This document shows, one piece after another, positions 62,301-64,000 of a stretch of 64,000 nucleotides of DNA. The notes below the pieces were generated by a model, which saw only the letters and a program-made list of their open reading frames with translations, did no database searches and was not told where the DNA came from. The stretch lies in the IMG/VR virus record IMGVR_UViG_3300022895_000010; one strand, written 5' to 3'. The number at the start of each line of letters is the position of its first letter. Positions within the stretch are counted from its first letter, which is position 1. Origin of the DNA: a virus. The position numbers and the translations under genes were made by a program.

Positions 62301-62511
62301 ATGTAGTAATATAGCTACTAAGAATACCAGAAGATATCAGATAATAGAGTATATTAATCAAAACCTATTTGATCAAAGAAGTCCTATTATTGATTGTAAC
62401 GATGACAAAGTACTTGATTTCGCTACTGAAATTAATAATGAACTTGTAGAGATGCCGTATATTGATAATGATCTGGTAATTAACTGTAATAAGTCTGAGA
62501 ATAAGAAATAG
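59329..62511 (+). CDS. large probable virion structural protein (beta-rich)
   Basis: 1060 aa; beta-propeller-like N-terminus and repeated V(Y/F)VNG/VDG modules typical of tail or baseplate proteins. Confidence 0.55.
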   Translation: MLNLYYYKYMSLIKKNRLDLYENINVFKKQNKKISLNGNFLFATINKGFVAHLLTKDDYSKRKEILISDGDVFNINVTDDKIFLLLANKIKIYNYTVTNVVDINITFNRDIFFSPAIDYSTQFKYKNGLLYFENYYRSYVIDTNNSTVKVTEEMFFLTSVEPYRNGFIRSFEKANSFMLYTDIDGKSPRTIFSRIFDDSINVVNTVKVIDETDIIVSFYDGEIRRITLDDSLDIVVNEVLVTLPTHPDTIDYNKTYIIFSYPEGIYLLNRKTKELEFIRVSGYVEDMICNDLLVFYSIKDDVVASNKLLNTPIVNFNYQEVEDGQKGEILLNSHVELNHRFKIKDDSKYNIKISFRGREVATGNVGVGFYDNIFLGIDGGVLSSQGRYMSNIEPVHSLVSDYYGYSLSTHDKDTLDIDKSKLIPRLYIKDVYTYGTGIFFRLRYYSKLNYTIVLEYDDVKTLVCRYGTNPFEELDNPPKIVAQYHDTSLHEDYLWVAIPNVYHTTNYSAIKVTEYNVYDKIDEYNYPVFIEYIDDKQTVYETSDGDIRRFEPVLLNNPNNVMTPETVEKTLRERLNPTFEFKKQVKDAPLTTEDRISVFDNGEKYGYRDFSKEIPYEHKESAMESIVYVNGLRMFKKNYLQNDSLDGLLSTYIADTKLKLTDTIIVEGNMNKIIDSEKFIGSYLITEADERSNISVIGANIFSKEPLEKNISSDDLRVYIRYSTGFFYKRLNPRYYRITVNKAMNLVNVILYGDMLNGVGTEIIVVKDGVKDETLYFDINSSGDMRDILPLIFVNNMGNILTNHIENEEDIEVIVDGLYLYPKIDFTLINDPKKPDMPSIILFRNTLPQQCKLEINFLKTKINKSIYFKQTGSNNEIELNNDKNVFINDSLTVFVENKRISKDNYDIINHDLLVLKGVESKNNILVRFNYEDTTHLELLRDKYKHQPIKYIADNNTSIKSKGQDKFLKDYLTSKGIALITNKPNIFNFDSLCSNIATKNTRRYQIIEYINQNLFDQRSPIIDCNDDKVLDFATEINNELVEMPYIDNDLVINCNKSENKK

Positions 62512-62528
62512 AGGGAGGAAGTTTTAAT

Positions 62529-63848
62529 ATGAGTGAAGAAAAAATCGATTTTCAGGAGAGAGCAAGAGAGATAGAAACCCAGTTAAAGACTCTTCTTAAT
62601 AAGGTCAATAATATGTACTCCATAGAAGAGATTGAACAGAAATTAGCTACTAAGCTAGATTCACACCATGACCATGACACTCGTTATCACATTAAGGATG
62701 AAATTACTACTCTATTAGGGGAAAAGTCAAATACTGACCATACTCATGAGGGATACGTTTCTGAAGCTACCTTTAAGATGGCAATGAGAGATAAAGCACC
62801 TCTAGACCATACTCATGTAGAATTAGAGGAATTGAAAGATATTAAGAAAGACTTAGCTAATAAAGCAGATGGTAATCATAGTCATGATGGTTACTTAACT
62901 GCTGATGGTGTTAAGGATATCATTAATGAAAGTCTTCAGGCTATTCAGGAAGCTAATAGACTCTTCTTAATTGAATTATCTAGTAAGAAGAATGAATCTA
63001 ATCAAGTTGAGATTACTGATGAGATTAAGAAACTATTAGAAGAGAAAGCTAATAAAGACCACCATCATAATAATGATTATCATACTAAAGATGAGATCCA
63101 AGGGATGTTCGAGAGAATTACTTTCCCAGAACATGAGCACAATAATGATTACTATGATAAAGAGTATATTAATAAAAAGTTCCAAGATATTAGTGCTAAA
63201 TTAGAGAAGGTAATTAAAGCTCCTATTAAAGCTTTCTCTAATGTTCCTTCTACTGCTAATAGTGATGATTTTATCAAATTACAAAGTGATTTTGAAGACT
63301 TTGCTATTAAGTTAGAAGAAATTGGTAGAGAGACTCTTTCATTAGAGAATATTACTAATCTATTAGAATCTAGAGCACCTTTAGAACACGATCATAATGA
63401 TGATTATTATACTCAATCTCATATAGATGAGGAGTTCAAAAAGATATCTGAAAATACTTATACTAGGGAAGAAGTAGATGTATTATTAGATGAACAGAAG
63501 AAGTTCTATGATTCTTTATTAGGTGTTACAATGGTTAATGGTTCAGGTAAGATAGATGCATTAACTAAAGATATCTTTATTATTCCTAATGATTCTGAAA
63601 CTATTGTAGTATCTTTACCTCCTTTAGATGATTATGAAGGATTATCTAGAGTAGTCAATATCAAGTTCTTATATAATGAAGATGAAAATACTTCTAATAA
63701 CTGCTATATTACTACAATTGGTAATGATACGTTTACTAATGGTGAAACTGAGATATTATTAACTGCTTCTAATAGAGAAGTTGAATTAGTATCATTTAAT
63801 CATCCAGAATTAGACTTATTCAAAAAAGGTTATATCATTAGTAAATAA
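62529..63848 (+). CDS. tail fibre-like protein with HxH repeats
   Basis: Seven KA/KL..H.H..(Y) repeats (HDHDTRY, HTHEGY, HTHVE, HSHDGY, HHHNNDY, HEHNNDY, HDHNDDY). Confidence 0.6.
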   Translation: MSEEKIDFQERAREIETQLKTLLNKVNNMYSIEEIEQKLATKLDSHHDHDTRYHIKDEITTLLGEKSNTDHTHEGYVSEATFKMAMRDKAPLDHTHVELEELKDIKKDLANKADGNHSHDGYLTADGVKDIINESLQAIQEANRLFLIELSSKKNESNQVEITDEIKKLLEEKANKDHHHNNDYHTKDEIQGMFERITFPEHEHNNDYYDKEYINKKFQDISAKLEKVIKAPIKAFSNVPSTANSDDFIKLQSDFEDFAIKLEEIGRETLSLENITNLLESRAPLEHDHNDDYYTQSHIDEEFKKISENTYTREEVDVLLDEQKKFYDSLLGVTMVNGSGKIDALTKDIFIIPNDSETIVVSLPPLDDYEGLSRVVNIKFLYNEDENTSNNCYITTIGNDTFTNGETEILLTASNREVELVSFNHPELDLFKKGYIISK

Positions 63849-63859
63849 CCAAATAACTT

Positions 63860-63903
63860 AAAGAAACTATGGACTATTTATTTTTAGTTCATAGTTTCCT
63901 TAT
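63860..63903 (+). terminator. intrinsic terminator
   Basis: aagaaactatggacta...tagttcatagtttcctt. Confidence 0.6.
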
Positions 63904-63905
63904 TT

Positions 63906-63917
63906 AACATTCTATTA
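63906..63917 (+). promoter_or_regulatory. AR9-type late promoter motif
   Basis: AACAttctatTA before the next plus-strand gene. Confidence 0.55.
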
Positions 63918-63952
63918 TAAAATACATATATAAATAGGAAGGAAGGTAAGAA

Positions 63953-64000
63953 ATGAGTAACGAGAAAGAACTAAGAGCTGGTGCTTCCTTTAAACCGATA
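63953..64000 (+). CDS. 5' end of a gene running off the window
   Basis: GGAAGGAAGG RBS, then ATG AGT AAC GAG, open to the window edge. Confidence 0.5.
   Translation, partial: MSNEKELRAGASFKPI

Overview
Very AT-rich, gene-dense segment of a jumbo bacteriophage, most likely AR9/PBS1- or phiKZ-like and infecting a spore-forming Bacillota host (inferred from a ComEB-like deaminase, a SpoIIID-like gene, GGAGG RBSs and AR9-type AACA-N6-TA promoter motifs). Most genes are on the minus strand. They include DNA metabolism genes (gyrA, gyrB, DnaB-like and Dda/RecD-like helicases, SbcD, thymidine kinase, dCMP deaminase, Ham1 NTPase, DHH phosphoesterase), candidate counter-defence enzymes (NADAR, macrodomain) and several expanded paralog families. 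Two plus-strand blocks encode virion-type proteins. The standout feature lies at 33.7-39.5 kb. A retron-type reverse transcriptase (NAxxH, YADD, ITG motifs) is followed by a GNAT-like partner gene and preceded by a 2.35-kb non-coding array of 15 tandem units, mostly about 150 nt apart. Each unit has its own closing inverted repeat capped by an invariant G/G pair, a conserved 16-nt hairpin and a unit-specific long hairpin. This looks like a multiplexed array of retron-like msr-msd RNAs served by one RT. All calls come from reading the sequence by eye; no searches or folding programs were run.
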